The position numbers were made by a program, and so were the translations under genes. The notes under the pieces were generated by a model. That model saw only the letters and a list, made by a program, of their open reading frames with translations. It did not search any database and was not told the DNA's origin. A DNA stretch of 64,000 nt. Origin: Octopus vulgaris (Eukaryota). The stretch's first letter is position 1; each line of letters begins with the position of its first letter. The stretch covers positions 45,136,001-45,200,000 of the forward strand of contig OX597814.1 of the NCBI GenBank assembly GCA_951406725.2. The letters run 5' to 3'. Shown in pieces: positions 27,275 to 40,989 of this stretch.

Positions 27275-27302
27275 TAGCAGAGATACCCAGCGTTGGTCGG
27301 GG
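27274..27302 (-). mobile_element. Helitron-like 3' terminus (hairpin plus CTAG)
   Basis: Minus strand cccgaccaacgctggg-tatctctg-CTAG|T: a GC-rich imperfect hairpin 8 nt upstream of CTRR, abutting (TA)n. Confidence 0.5.
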
Positions 27303-27619
27303 TTAAAATGGCATAGTTTTTTTATTGTTTTACTTGCTCCAGTCATGTTACTGCGGCCATGCCGGAGCACCACTTTTAGTCGAAGAAATCGACCCCATGA
27401 TAAAACAGATACGAACTAATATAGTTCTTAAATATGACAGACAGAGGTCGGCTAATTCGCTGGTGTAAAGGTAACACGCGTAGTCGCGTTAACAAAGGGG
27501 TGTGGACTCGAGTCCCACGCGGAAAGGAAAGCCTTCTTTTTTCTGTCGAAAATAGTCTAATAACGTGGCTTATATACCACGTTATTAGAGTATTTTCCTT
27601 AGTCATTGCACGGTGAAAA

Positions 27620-27654
27620 ATACCATATACATATAAATATATACATGCATATGT

Positions 27655-27706
<52 letters not shown>

Positions 27707-28129
27707 GGTGGTGCCCCAGCATGGCCGCGGCCTTCGGGCTAAAACATTTTAAAGGATTTATACATGTATATATATGCACGTATATATATATATGCATGTA
27801 TATATACAGATGTATATATATGCATATATATATATACACATATATATGCATTTATATACGTATTTATATACATATATATATATATACATATAGATTTATA
27901 TATATATATACAAATTTATATATATACATATATACATATATACATATATATGTACACACATATATACATGCATACATAAATATATATATATACATATATA
28001 TATACATATATATATACATATATACATATAAATCTGTATATATACATCTATGCATATACATCTATATATATACATATATATACATACATAAATATTACAC
28101 ATATGTATGCACATATATACATGTTTATA

Positions 28130-28160
<31 letters not shown>

Positions 28161-28310
28161 TTATACATACACATATATATTCTGCTAGTACACATATATA
28201 TACATACTTGGAAAAGGACGTGTGGCGTTCGATCATATAATAATATAAATAATATACAAATATATGCATATGTACATACATACATCTATTTGTATATATA
28301 CATGCATATA
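27620..28310. repeat. Long degenerate (TA)/(CATA) low-complexity tract with a short embedded SINE tail (27706-27760)
   Basis: Directly visible; cggtggtgccccagcatggccgc resembles the family A tail. Confidence 0.85.
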
Positions 28311-28773
28311 TGGGTATAGGACATAAAAAAAAACGTTGAACACAATGAGAAACGAAAACATAAAAACAAAAACATGGAAACGAACTTTTTTTCAAACAAC
28401 GAAAAACAGGGTACAAGACATACAATACAAGGAATATTCCCCTTCTTCAGTTGTCCCTGTTTCGTTTACTCCACGTTCCGAAGGTAAGGACGCGACTTCG
28501 TTCAAACAGTCCTTCCCGCAAAGTAAATTAAATAAAATTTGGAATTTTTTCGGAGGGGTAAAAGTGGTAACAAGAACAGGACAATAAGAACAAAACAAGA
28601 CAATAAAAACAATAAAAGACAGAACAAAGAGAACAACACAGTAAAAACAAACGATGAGGGTTGTTAAGTCAAAACGATGGAAAAATTATTCTGAAAGCTT
28701 GAGGAGACAGCTTATTAGAGAGATAGGATAAGCGGTCTTGTCTTTGTGAAGATAGAAGTTGGAAAGATGGCTT

Positions 28774-28832
28774 GTACGAATTAGCCAGTCGATTTACTTT
28801 TTTGAAAATCCCAGTTTATCCAGATTCTCCTG
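28774..28832 (-). mobile_element. Short fragment of an R4/Dong-like C-terminal region
   Basis: Translates QENLDKLGFSKK*IDWLIRT, homologous to TNLEKLGFSKPGRRKLIRR at about 51270-51330; its 5' end abuts a (TACA)/(CA)n tract. Confidence 0.55.
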
Positions 28833-28842
28833 TGTGTATGTA

Positions 28843-28909
<67 letters not shown>

Positions 28910-31794
28910 ATATATATATATATACATACATACATATATATACATACATAACCGGATAGTACCTACAGGTAATTATTATAACTGGATCTTGCTTGTTGCC
29001 CTTCTGCACATATGTCAATATAAAATCATATAAGAAATGGTTGTCAGAAAGATGAAGTAATATATCAAAAGAATCTATTAGCGTACAAGTTTACGATTTA
29101 TATATTTTGTGTCCTTATCATTAAATACGAGCTATTTTTTTTTAAACAAAATTAAGTATTGCAAAATAAACAAAGATAAACCAATGCGAATTTCTCATTC
29201 CCTTATATCAATTCACTTATCAGTAAATAAACAGACATTTTTCTTTTTTGGTAATTCTATTCCGCTATTAAAATTCTAATTATAACGGACTTGATTAATT
29301 TCTTTGGCTTTAGATTATAATGGAATCTAGTTTTTAAGTATTTTTCAATATACAGAGTACTTCTAGCGAGACAAGACATAAAAAAAGAGATAATCAGGAA
29401 AATTAGTTGCTGTTTAATGAATAACATTTTTTTAGGTATTTTTTAGTTTATATTTCTGTTCCAGTGATAAATCATTTCTTCTCCACAGCAATATTTTGTT
29501 GTTTTTAATAAAATGGTAGCTTGGGATATTTATTGCGAAATTGTTCACTGTTTGAATAAATAAGCAACGAAAAATACCGTATTATACACTTTTGGAACTT
29601 GACTTTACCAGATCATCGCCATCATCATCGTAAATTCTTTGGGCAGGTAGTCTTGCCGCTGATCCATATCTTACCCTTGGATGTCCATCGATCACGAAGA
29701 AATTCTTTCCACGTTTATCAATTACATTTTTATCTCTTTTTATTTTTACCTGATTCAGTGTCAATAGGAGCTTTTCGGGGATCATTTTGAACTAGGTCTT
29801 CTTTGGCGTATTTTTGTGTGTGCGTGCGTGCGTACGTCTGTGTGTGTGTGTGTGTTTTCTCTCCTTGTAATCAGAGACATCTAGGTAGGTTGTAAAGCAA
29901 CTTCGAATGATCTATTCGATTCACAAGATGGGAATATATCAGCACAGCCGCTGTTCCTGAATTAATTCAGAAATGTTCGGAAGATAAAAGCATGATTAAT
30001 CCACAAACATTTAATTGGCAATATTCTGAGGATCTGGTGAAGACATACAATTTCAAAGATATCCAGTATAATCTAATTGCTCTTGAATAACATCCATGCA
30101 GATGATCGTTAAATTCGTGGTGTCCAAAGACAGAAAGAAGACAAGATCAGAGAACTACAAAACACGAAAGAAGCTGCTACACGGTCGGTCGGTCGGTCGG
30201 TCGGTCTACTAGAAAGGATAGCAAAATCAAGACCAAATGGTGAATCTCTATTTTGTGTGTTTCGGGTGAGATTCTTGGTTTTTTGCGCAAACATCACGTC
30301 GATCAAAATGTATAGACTGTTCGGCTTTTGACCACTTTATTAATTATTGTACTTTCGACGTTAACAGAACTGAGATGATACAATCTTGTGGGAACGATTA
30401 ATGACCCTCTCTAAATTAATAATGGTAAAGCTATAACATTGAAGCAAAAACATTCGAAATACTTGAAGCTAACAGTACCTCTAAGTACAATCAGTTTTTA
30501 TTCCTTTATCTAGACATGTAGAAAATCTAAATGGACAGGAAGATAGCCATCACTGTAGTTGATCGTGTTTGTAGTAATTTCCGTAGTGGAGTCAATTACC
30601 AGTAAATCCAACAAATGCCCACACCGAATCGGGAAGCATTTAAGAACTACATTAAGAGTCCTTTCGCTGTGAACTCGACTTCAACCAACAGCAAATCAAA
30701 ATCCTTCACCTTAAGAATACTTATACGTCAATGTTTAAAAGTAAAAAAATATCTAAGTCACATTACTTCCTGAGGTTAGTGTAGGAAGTAAAGGGATGTT
30801 AAATATCTTATACTTTTAAGTATATACATAAGGTTCTCTAAACGAATTGGTTAAAAGTATTAAAAATACTTGGGTGAATGAAAGTCTAAAAAATAAATAA
30901 GGCTTTGATTCCCTATGAACAGTTGTTCACAGATGGGTTGTTTGGACAGTCTGGTGGAAAACCAACTTCATGAAACTAATACACAATAAGTATATCGTTA
31001 CCTACAACTACGAGCTGTCAGTAACAAGATACCTGTCTGTTTTGCCTCATAAAATAAAGTATCGAAATATGAAGATAAACGAGTCCAAACTTCTATTCTA
31101 CGCTTTTTTTTTTTGCGGGGGCTATGGACACAGCAAAATAGCACTAACGTGGTACGAAACACCAGTCTTTTGAATATTTGAGCACCCATTAACTCGATCA
31201 ATGCTGACTCTCACGCAGTAGTTGACAATAACAATAACAATTTTCTTTTAAACGTAAAACAAATAGATAATCGTTCAAAGTCACAACCACCACTACCACT
31301 TGAATATACAACAAAAATAGTACTGGTTGTAAATTAATTGGTTTCTATAGATTGTAATGATAACAAAACACCTAATCTACTTATTTTAAGGTTTTGCCTA
31401 TAATATTCTTTTATGTTGTTCCAAATTATCTTCTGTCCACAGAAAAATTTCTGATTATCCGAAGTTAATATACTTTCAAAGACTTGATAGACTGATATTT
31501 ATATCCCCTTTCTAAATCATTAAACAAATGAGATACTAATTTGTTCTCTGTTTTGCGTATAAGTAGGTATATATATATATATATAGATAGATAGATATAT
31601 ATAGATATATATATAGATATATAGATATATATATTCTCTCGGCTACCTATTTCAATCTTCCTTTTGCAACAAAGATCACCAGTTCTCCAACATGATACAT
31701 CATTGTTTTAAACAATAATAAACATATGTGTCTGTAAAGACATTTCGCTAGTTTCAAATACATAGATATTCATACTGATGTATTTTTTTTTTTT

Positions 31795-31997
31795 TGTACT
31801 TGTTTCAGTCATTTGACTGCGGCCATGCTGGAGCACCGCCTTTTAGAGTGGTGAAAGAGTACAGCAGGGATCACCACCTCCTGCCGGAGCCTCGTGGAGC
31901 TTTTAGGTGTTTTCGCTCAATAAACACACACAACGCCCGGTCTGGGAATCGAAACCGCGATCCTCCGACCGCAAGTCCGCTGCCCTAACCACTAGGC

Positions 31998-32000
<3 letters not shown>
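31795..32000 (-). mobile_element. Chimeric SINE: family B head/body joined to family A tail
   Basis: 31848-32000 matches about 14418-14571; 31795-31846 matches the tail of the 18813-19232 copy. Confidence 0.8.
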
Positions 32001-32071
<71 letters not shown>

Positions 32072-32110
32072 ATATACATACATATATATATATATATGTA
32101 GATATATATA

Positions 32111-32307
32111 GGGAGAGTTTACGAAAAAAACAAAGCACGAAGACAGGTGGTGTACAAAGCAAACAGATGTATTAGTATAATGCTCAGGTATAGAAAAAGT
32201 CTTTTACGTTTCGAGCCTACGCTCTTCTACAGAAAGGGACACAGAAAAAACAAGGAGAGAAACTAGGAGAGAAAGAAATGTGTATAATGGCTAACGATCT
32301 ATCATGG

Positions 32308-32309
<2 letters not shown>
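32111..32309 (-). mobile_element. Short Penelope-like/retrozyme-like element inserted in (TA)n
   Basis: (TA)n on both sides; hammerhead-like motif at 32201-32236; clearly homologous to 36880-37035. Confidence 0.65.
32201..32236 (-). ncRNA. Minimal hammerhead ribozyme-like motif (variant core CUGUAGA)
   Basis: Minus strand CTTT-CTGTAGA-A-GAGC-GTAG-GCTC-GAAA-CGTA-AAAG: stem I CTTT/AAAG, stem II GAGC/GCTC, GUA triplet. Confidence 0.55.
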
Positions 32310-32338
<29 letters not shown>

Positions 32339-33871
32339 CGTACATACATACATACATACACACACACTTAGATGTGTCTGTCTGTGCGTGTATGTGCATA
32401 TATATGTGTCTAAGTGTATGTGATCAAGTGCCTTAAGCTCAGCGCTTATAATCGTTAGTTCGCATGTTCAATTCTGCGGCAGGGTGACGCGCTATGTCGA
32501 TGAATATGCCACTTCGTGTTGCTTCAGACCACTCAGTTGGAAATTAACACCACCAATAACTGGAGATTAGCACTACAACGTACTTGTGTTTCGTTCAGGA
32601 AAGATTCTTGCTCTCTCAATCGCTTGTACATCGCATAGACCTAGATACGTCCCGGCCTAATAGGACCGGCAGCACAAGACAGACTCCAAATTTTTGCTTG
32701 TCATTATATGTGTGCGTGTGGTGTATCTATGCATGTAAATAGGTAGATAAATAGGTAGGTAGGTAAGTAGGTAGGTAGGTAGATTGGTAGGTAAATACAT
32801 AATATAAAAAAATTAGCGCTATGGTAATATGCCTAAGTGAATTAAACAAACTGGAAGAGGAAACCTCACATGTACTGCATAAAGAAAATGTGGAATATTT
32901 CCTACAAGTTTGCGTGACATCAACATATTTTGGTGACAGTTTTGTCACTGTTGAACTAAGAATCAATTATTCGTTTAGCCACCCAATACATAATAGTTGC
33001 TGGATTGTATTTAAATCGATCTTACAGAAAATCTTCATGAGTATGTATGTATGTATGTACTTTTGGTGTATTGAGTTCAATATTTTGTTTGTCTCATGTT
33101 TATTTTCTTTTGCTAACAATTCTTATGCAAAGTGTGTGTTTCCTCTTTTAGAATCCAAAAGATGCGTAATGTTACAAACTTAGACAGCTATACCTGACAA
33201 TTGACAAAGAAAGCATGTACAAAATAAACTGGAAATTGCTAGAACGTTCATATGTAAACGGAAGTAGGCGTTGCAAGCTTTACTAAGCAGAAAGAAGAAT
33301 CATTCTAAAAATTTCACAGGACCCAAGTGCTCACCTCAACTCAAAAAAGCAAAATATTCCGATGTTTCCCTTGTGAGCGAAAATTCGTTTGACAATGAGT
33401 TTGTCCTCACCTTTGGACTAAAAAATTCCTTACAGTCATGGTTCGATCCCAAATGAAATCAGTCCACGGGAAGTAACTCTTCTTTCTCTCCCGGAAAATA
33501 TTAAAACTTTTCACTGTTTCGTCCGGCTCCGACGATAATATTCGGAACCAGTTACACGCCATAGCCAGTAGTGTAATGCTTGACAGAAAAACATATAACT
33601 GCTCTATTTCTCATATTGAGTTTTTCTGGCTTAACGAAAACTTACACATACACAGACACACGCACAAATACACACACACACACACACACATCCACACACA
33701 CACACACACACACACACATCCACACACACACATGAACACATACACACACACGCACATATAGTTTATCTGTGGGTTAACAAGGTAACAAATGGTTTCGTGC
33801 AAAGAGGAAATTCTTATTAATTATCAAGCCTTCCACATTAGAACGTTGGTATTCGCCTCCATTTTGGATGA

Positions 33872-33917
<46 letters not shown>

Positions 33918-36584
33918 TAATATTGATATTGATATTTTTGGCACAAAGTGAAGTATGGCATTAAAATATCCTTGTCTCTGCAAATATATTCAGTAGTGTT
34001 GATTGCGTTGCTCGTACACAGGTCTTGCAGAAACTAATATTCGCAGATGTTAAGCAATCTATGTGCACAATATCTCCATAATTCTCTGCTAAATATATTT
34101 CTCTGTTCGTAACTCTCCATATCAGCCGCCAGTTAAACGGCTAGCCATTCTCAAACACCAGGATCACTAATCATTATCTTTTGGAAAATATTACTAAAGG
34201 TTTCCCTAAAGAACATTAATTTTGGTTTTTTTCTTTTTTTTTTTTTTTGTAGTTTGTCAAGTGTGCTTATTATCTCCCTTCTTGTTTCTCATTTTCTTTT
34301 TCTTTTACTCACGCTTTCTCCTTGTTCTGTGCCTGTTACGCACGAAAAAGATATAGGTAAGACGATGTTTACGATTCCAGTAGTAACAATATTCACGTCT
34401 AAATCTCGACATCTCAATATATTGCGATCACTGATATTACAATTCGCCTTCTGAAATTGTCCAAGGTATCTGATTTGTATAATTCCTTTTCTTTCGATTG
34501 AAGTTGTTTGAAAATATGTTACTAAGCCTTTGCTACTTTCACTTTCTAGTCGCATTAAAATGTTTCGTCCAAATATGAAAAACCTCAAACTTTCTTATTG
34601 CATCCCTAGAGAAATTGTCCCAATTATCGGTCGCATTGTTAGTTAAGCTTGTCACCATCTTTATTTCAGGTTATGACTGACTTTAGTATTACAAATAGTT
34701 AGTATTTCTTAAAGTTTATATGGGAATTTCAGTACAGTCATTTTAAAGACGTTGTTATTATTTATGTTCTTATTGTTGTTTATTTAAAGTTCAGCTCTCA
34801 TCGATTTGATCTATGGTCAAATATTTCCTGCTGAGACTGACCTCTATTTTATAAATCATGGACATTGTCCAGTGTATCCATCTTTTCATAGTACTGTAAG
34901 ATGTGGTTTGGTGAAGATTTTTTTGGCATTTTTTAATAGGTTGAGCTAACGAGAAAGGCCATCTTTTTAAACGGGTTTTCCTTGATGGTAATTCAAAGAA
35001 AATAGTCTATTACACAACCAAGCTGGTTGGATTGACAGATAATGTAGGAGATAATATTTATAAAACCGAAGTGAATATCTCTTTGAAAACATCTAACTTA
35101 AAATAACTATATTTTTATGCTTCTGTTCTCGTGCTTATCTGCTGTTTCCACGGCATTAAGCAACTGAGAGATAAGAGTTCCGTTGAGAGCTCTGTTAACC
35201 GCCAGGAATGATTTATTACCTCTTTAACATTTTCCTTCATGTTCTTCAACAAAGCAAAAACCAATCAGTATCTGAACCAGAACGGTCCCTTTGGTATTCC
35301 TCTAACAAGATCGACTGAAATACACCAAAGTTCTGGAAAATTTCATACATTTTTAGATTCCCATTCATAATCTTTATTGACTATATACAAAATAATTGAC
35401 TTAACCACATTTAGGAAAACCAACTTTTGAAGCAATATGTAATAATGCTATCTGCCTTGATCGTTAACAGCTTATATTTAGGGTACAAAATTACATATCC
35501 ACGTTTATTATAATCGTGTTTATCGACTTAATTTAAGTATTAAATAAATGCAATGTATGCCTTGCTTGACTTAGTACTTTATTGGTCTATCACAGAGTAA
35601 CCTTCTCAAATGAAGTTAAGTCTGCTTTCCGACTTCGGCACAATTGTTGTTGTAGTTGTTGTCGTCGTCGTTGTTGTTGTTGTTGTTGTTGTTAAGCAAC
35701 AAGACGGGTAAGGGTGATTAGGTAATGGTCTAGGGCTTAGGGGCGGGAGACCCTAGACCTTGGAAAAAAACACTTTGGTCGTCTTGTTGTAGTCGAGGGT
35801 TCTTCGTTGACGCCCGACATCACTGGGAAGTGGCCCTCGAAGTCGCTGGAAATAGAGATCTCCATGTCCAAATTCTTGAACGGCTGTTGCTGTTTGCTGC
35901 CACTGCTGTTCGTCATTCTTGTTATCCAAACCTACGCCCCAATGCATTCAAGTGGTAACCATATTGTCAGCTTTTGTTAGGAATAGGGTACATTTACATT
36001 ACCCAATATGCTTTTCATATGACAGGAATATGCAGTAGAGGGAAGATTTAATAGCTATTTTTAGAAACTTCAACGATTCTACCGTTCAATACACCTGTGT
36101 CATAATCATAAGCAATTTACGTAAGATTGCTGATATTTGACCAATATTTCTTTCTGGAGAATTTTAAAATGAAAACTTCTTCGATAACGATATGAACTCT
36201 CTGAAAACAACATGCAAAGAGGTACAGAAATATATTAGGAGAGGGAACTTTAGCACGAAAATTTACTGAGATATTCCTCTCAATAATACATATAAGGAAA
36301 CTGATATTACCACTGAAGAATTACGAAGAGCAAGGCAACCTATCGATATAAGAGCTCTCCTAAATATACCTATGAATACTATTTAACTCAACACTACCGG
36401 TTAAGGAAACACTCGTAATTTTTACAATACACATATTGTTCACAGCGGGTATGGGTATTTGCAACAATCTGTAATTATTAACAACAATAATCCGCTACAG
36501 CTATAGTAGACAGTTATAATTTGGACTAATCGCATAACTTAAGGAGAAATATTACCGAAGTTACGTTTTGGTATATTTAGGATT

Positions 36585-36638
<54 letters not shown>

Positions 36639-36907
36639 TTTTTATTATTTTATTTGTTTCAGTCATTTGACTGTGGCCATGCTGGAGCAAATCGACCCCA
36701 GGACTTATTCTTTGTAAGCCTAGTACTTATTTTATCGGTCTCTTTTGCTGAACAGCTGGCCTACGGGGACGTAAACACACCAGCATCGGTTGTCAAATGA
36801 TGTTGGGGGGACAAACATTAGACACACAAACGTATACACACATATACATGTTTCTTTCTGTGTATACACACATATACATGTTTCTCTCCATGTTTCTTTC
36901 TGTGTTC

Positions 36908-36943
36908 CTTTCTGTAGAAGAGCGTAGGCTCGAAACGTTAAAT
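36908..36943 (+). ncRNA. Minimal hammerhead ribozyme-like motif (variant core CUGUAGA) within the element at 36880-37035
   Basis: TTT-CTGTAGA-A-GAGC-GTAG-GCTC-GAAA-CGTT-AAA. Confidence 0.5.
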
Positions 36944-36980
36944 GGGTTTTCAATTCCCGAGCATTATACTAATACATCAG

Positions 36981-37366
<386 letters not shown>

Positions 37367-38563
37367 TCCACTCACAAGGCTTTGGTCACCCCTAGGCTAT
37401 AGAAGACACTTGCCCAAGGTGCCACGCAGTGGGCCTGAACCCGCAACCATGTCGTTCGTAAGCAAGTTACTTACCACACAGCCACTCCTGTATCTATTGT
37501 AAAATTATTTCTGGAAACTTTTCCCAACCACATAATCTAAAGCGGAAGTGGTGGAGAAACTTTGAATTCCAGGCCAAGGAGAATTTAGAATAGTGTGTTA
37601 TGCATTTAAAGGTACACAGACCAGGCTGTTGATCGCTACATCAAGCACATCATTGCTAAAACGTTGAACAATAAGCTTTTCAGTCGGTATGACGACACAA
37701 ACCATCATGTTGACGTCATCTCTATCCCTGCACATCAATTTATTTCTAACTCTCAAGCACAAGCGCAGAAACACACGCTTACATGTTGTTTCTCATAGAC
37801 AAGAACAAACGATTTTTTAAATAGTTCCCTTCCAGGTCGAGTTTTCTTTCTTCTTTCCCCTTTACACTCACACACATACACATACACACACATACACACA
37901 CATACACACAAACACACACACACACACATAAATTGCGTATTTCACACACGCATCACCTCACATATGATACAACACATCACTTCACATATGACATACAGAC
38001 ACAATCACAAAAACAAAAAATAAAGCATTGAACGCATACACACGCAACACAAACTCACTGCACACAATTACACACAATACAGACACACGCAACACTTTCC
38101 AACATAAATCAACTCATTTTCTTTCATGTAAGACAAAATCGTTATTTATAAAATAAACAAATGTTATTTTCGGAGGTGGTGGTGGTGGGGGGGAACAAAA
38201 ACATGTAAAAGATCATTGAATAGCAGTAACTTGATGAGTAGATCAACATAGTATATTTATAGGATCAGCATAGATGACATTCAGCGCCCTCCCACCCAGC
38301 TGCTACCTCATCACACAATAAATATGCATTTTTAGTATAGGCTTTTATATAAATTATAAGCTATAAAAGAAGCAAAATGAATAAGATTTTGCTTAAATTT
38401 GTGTTTTCAGCCACTTTTAGGGGAATATATTTTTGGACTGACTTTAACTCTTGTTATTTTAACGGTTTACTGCCAAATTTAATGTGTGTATGCTTAGTGA
38501 GCAGTTCATATATAAATATGTGTGTGTGTGTGATTTTAAGCATTGTATATATCTATAGGTGGA

Positions 38564-38606
<43 letters not shown>

Positions 38607-38729
38607 TTATATGTATACATATTTATATGTATACATATTTATATGTATACATATTTCATTATTAATAAATGCTTATGTACATATATATAAGTGCGTTCGT
38701 ATGCATACATTTAATGTATACGTATATCT

Positions 38730-38761
<32 letters not shown>

Positions 38762-39256
38762 TGCATACATACATACGTACATACATACATGCATACATAC
38801 GTACATGCAGAGGAGTGCAATATGTTTCATTGAAATCAATTTTGCAGTTTTAGTTTTCAAAATTTGCCTTCTTCTACTTTCAAACGAATTCCTTTCATTT
38901 TTGTTTGACGATTATTTCTGTAAACATTCCATGATATCCAATCGCTTTCATAAGTTATAGATTTCTTTAGTTTTATGCTGTTATGTACTCTTTGCTTCTC
39001 GTTTTGTTAGTTTTTGCTTCTATTTTTTCGTTTTGTGTTTGTTACAATGCTGAATCTTTTTCTTTAATTCCATTTCATTTAGTTTACTTTTATTTTTCAC
39101 TTTTCATAATCATTTTAATTTCCTACTTTTTGGTTTTGTCACTTACAGAACAATATCAAAGCGATCATTTATTTCAAGTTCTTTATATTTAGACAGATAA
39201 ACAATATAATGCATTTTCGATTGAAATCTTAATATTTTGTTTTGTTAACACATATA

Positions 39257-39322
<66 letters not shown>

Positions 39323-39336
39323 TATATGTGTGTGTG

Positions 39337-39376
<40 letters not shown>

Positions 39377-39779
39377 CTTGTTCTCTTTTCTTATACTTTT
39401 ATTTTGACTGTTATTTTGTTGTTGATCATTTTTCTTATTAAATACCAAGAAAATTTAAATTTCAAATTTCATCCACCTCAGAAAGGCATATCAAACTTAA
39501 AGATGGTGTGTTAAAATCCAATAAAGATTTTTTTTTAAAAAAAACGACCATCGCTTCGCAAAATTCAGTGCATTATATTGTGTGTGTTTTATTTTAAATG
39601 TAAATGATATTTCCTTTGCTAAAAAGGCAATAACTCTTAAGAATATTCAATCCTGTCAAAATGATTTGCATTTTATACGAAAGCAGCTAATCAATATGGC
39701 CAAGAAAGAAAAGAATATTTGTTACAACATTAAGTTCAAGTAACAAAATCCTACTTTCTCGTTTGTTAAATCTTTTAAT

Positions 39780-39821
39780 TCATCATCATCATCATCATCA
39801 TCATCATAATCATCATCATCA

Positions 39822-39874
<53 letters not shown>

Positions 39875-40018
39875 GTTGTCGTTGTTGTTGTTGTAATTAT
39901 TATTATTATTATTATTATTATTATTGTTGTTGTTGTTGTTGTTGTTGTTGTTCTTGTTCTTGTTGTAATTATTATTATTATTATTATTATTATTATTGTT
40001 GTTGTTGTTGTTGTTGTA

Positions 40019-40060
<42 letters not shown>

Positions 40061-40120
40061 GTTGTTGTTGTTGTTCTTCTTCTTCTTCTTCTTCTTCTTC
40101 TTCTTGTTGTTATTATTACT
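39780..40120. repeat. Compound in-phase trinucleotide array (CAT/TAT/TGT/TCT)
   Basis: Directly visible. Confidence 0.95.
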
Positions 40121-40488
40121 GCTGATTTTGTTCACTGTGAACGGTCACGTTTCACACAGTTCTGCGTGGAATATATTTTCTTCCAGGATTATTTTATGGA
40201 CAAAAAACGTAGTGTTTATGGCTCTCTTTACCATCAAAAGACTTCGAAACATTTGAACGTCTATGCGATTACCAGAGGGAGAAAATGCTTTGTACTTAAA
40301 AGTTTCAAACTCTTTACATTTTTTGACAAACACCATTTGCAATATTCGCACGTGTTACAAGGGGTGACATAGCCCTTCGTACCGCAATAGTTCTGCCGAG
40401 AATGTAAATAAACGCGCCCCCAAATTGTTTCCAAACGTAAAAATAGTTCAAATTCATAGATGGCGCGCCAAGCTTAGACACGCCTATA

Positions 40489-40989
<501 letters not shown>

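Noticed and set aside
28420-28500. Minus-strand CTGAAGA and GAAA/GGAA motifs suggesting a permuted hammerhead
   Set aside because: I could not form stem I or place the core elements consistently; probably a decayed Penelope-like terminus but unsupported as a ribozyme.
29582-29790. Non-repetitive ORF (…DKRGKNFFVIDGHPRVRYG…) as a possible host exon or neuropeptide precursor
   Set aside because: No recognisable domain, signal peptide, repeated peptide motif or convincing acceptor/donor pair.
33400-33565. CpG-containing stretch with a 51-codon minus-strand ORF and a GTAAG donor-like site
   Set aside because: It could be a first exon, but nothing beyond a generic splice-like motif supports it; transcript data are needed.
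35640-36560. Possible LINE 3' end with (CAA)n tail (35640-35950, minus) and possible RTE-like RT relic (36150-36560, plus)
   Set aside because: Only faint motif resemblance (GHG..., DITTEELRRA, LPVKE); too degenerate to call without a profile search.
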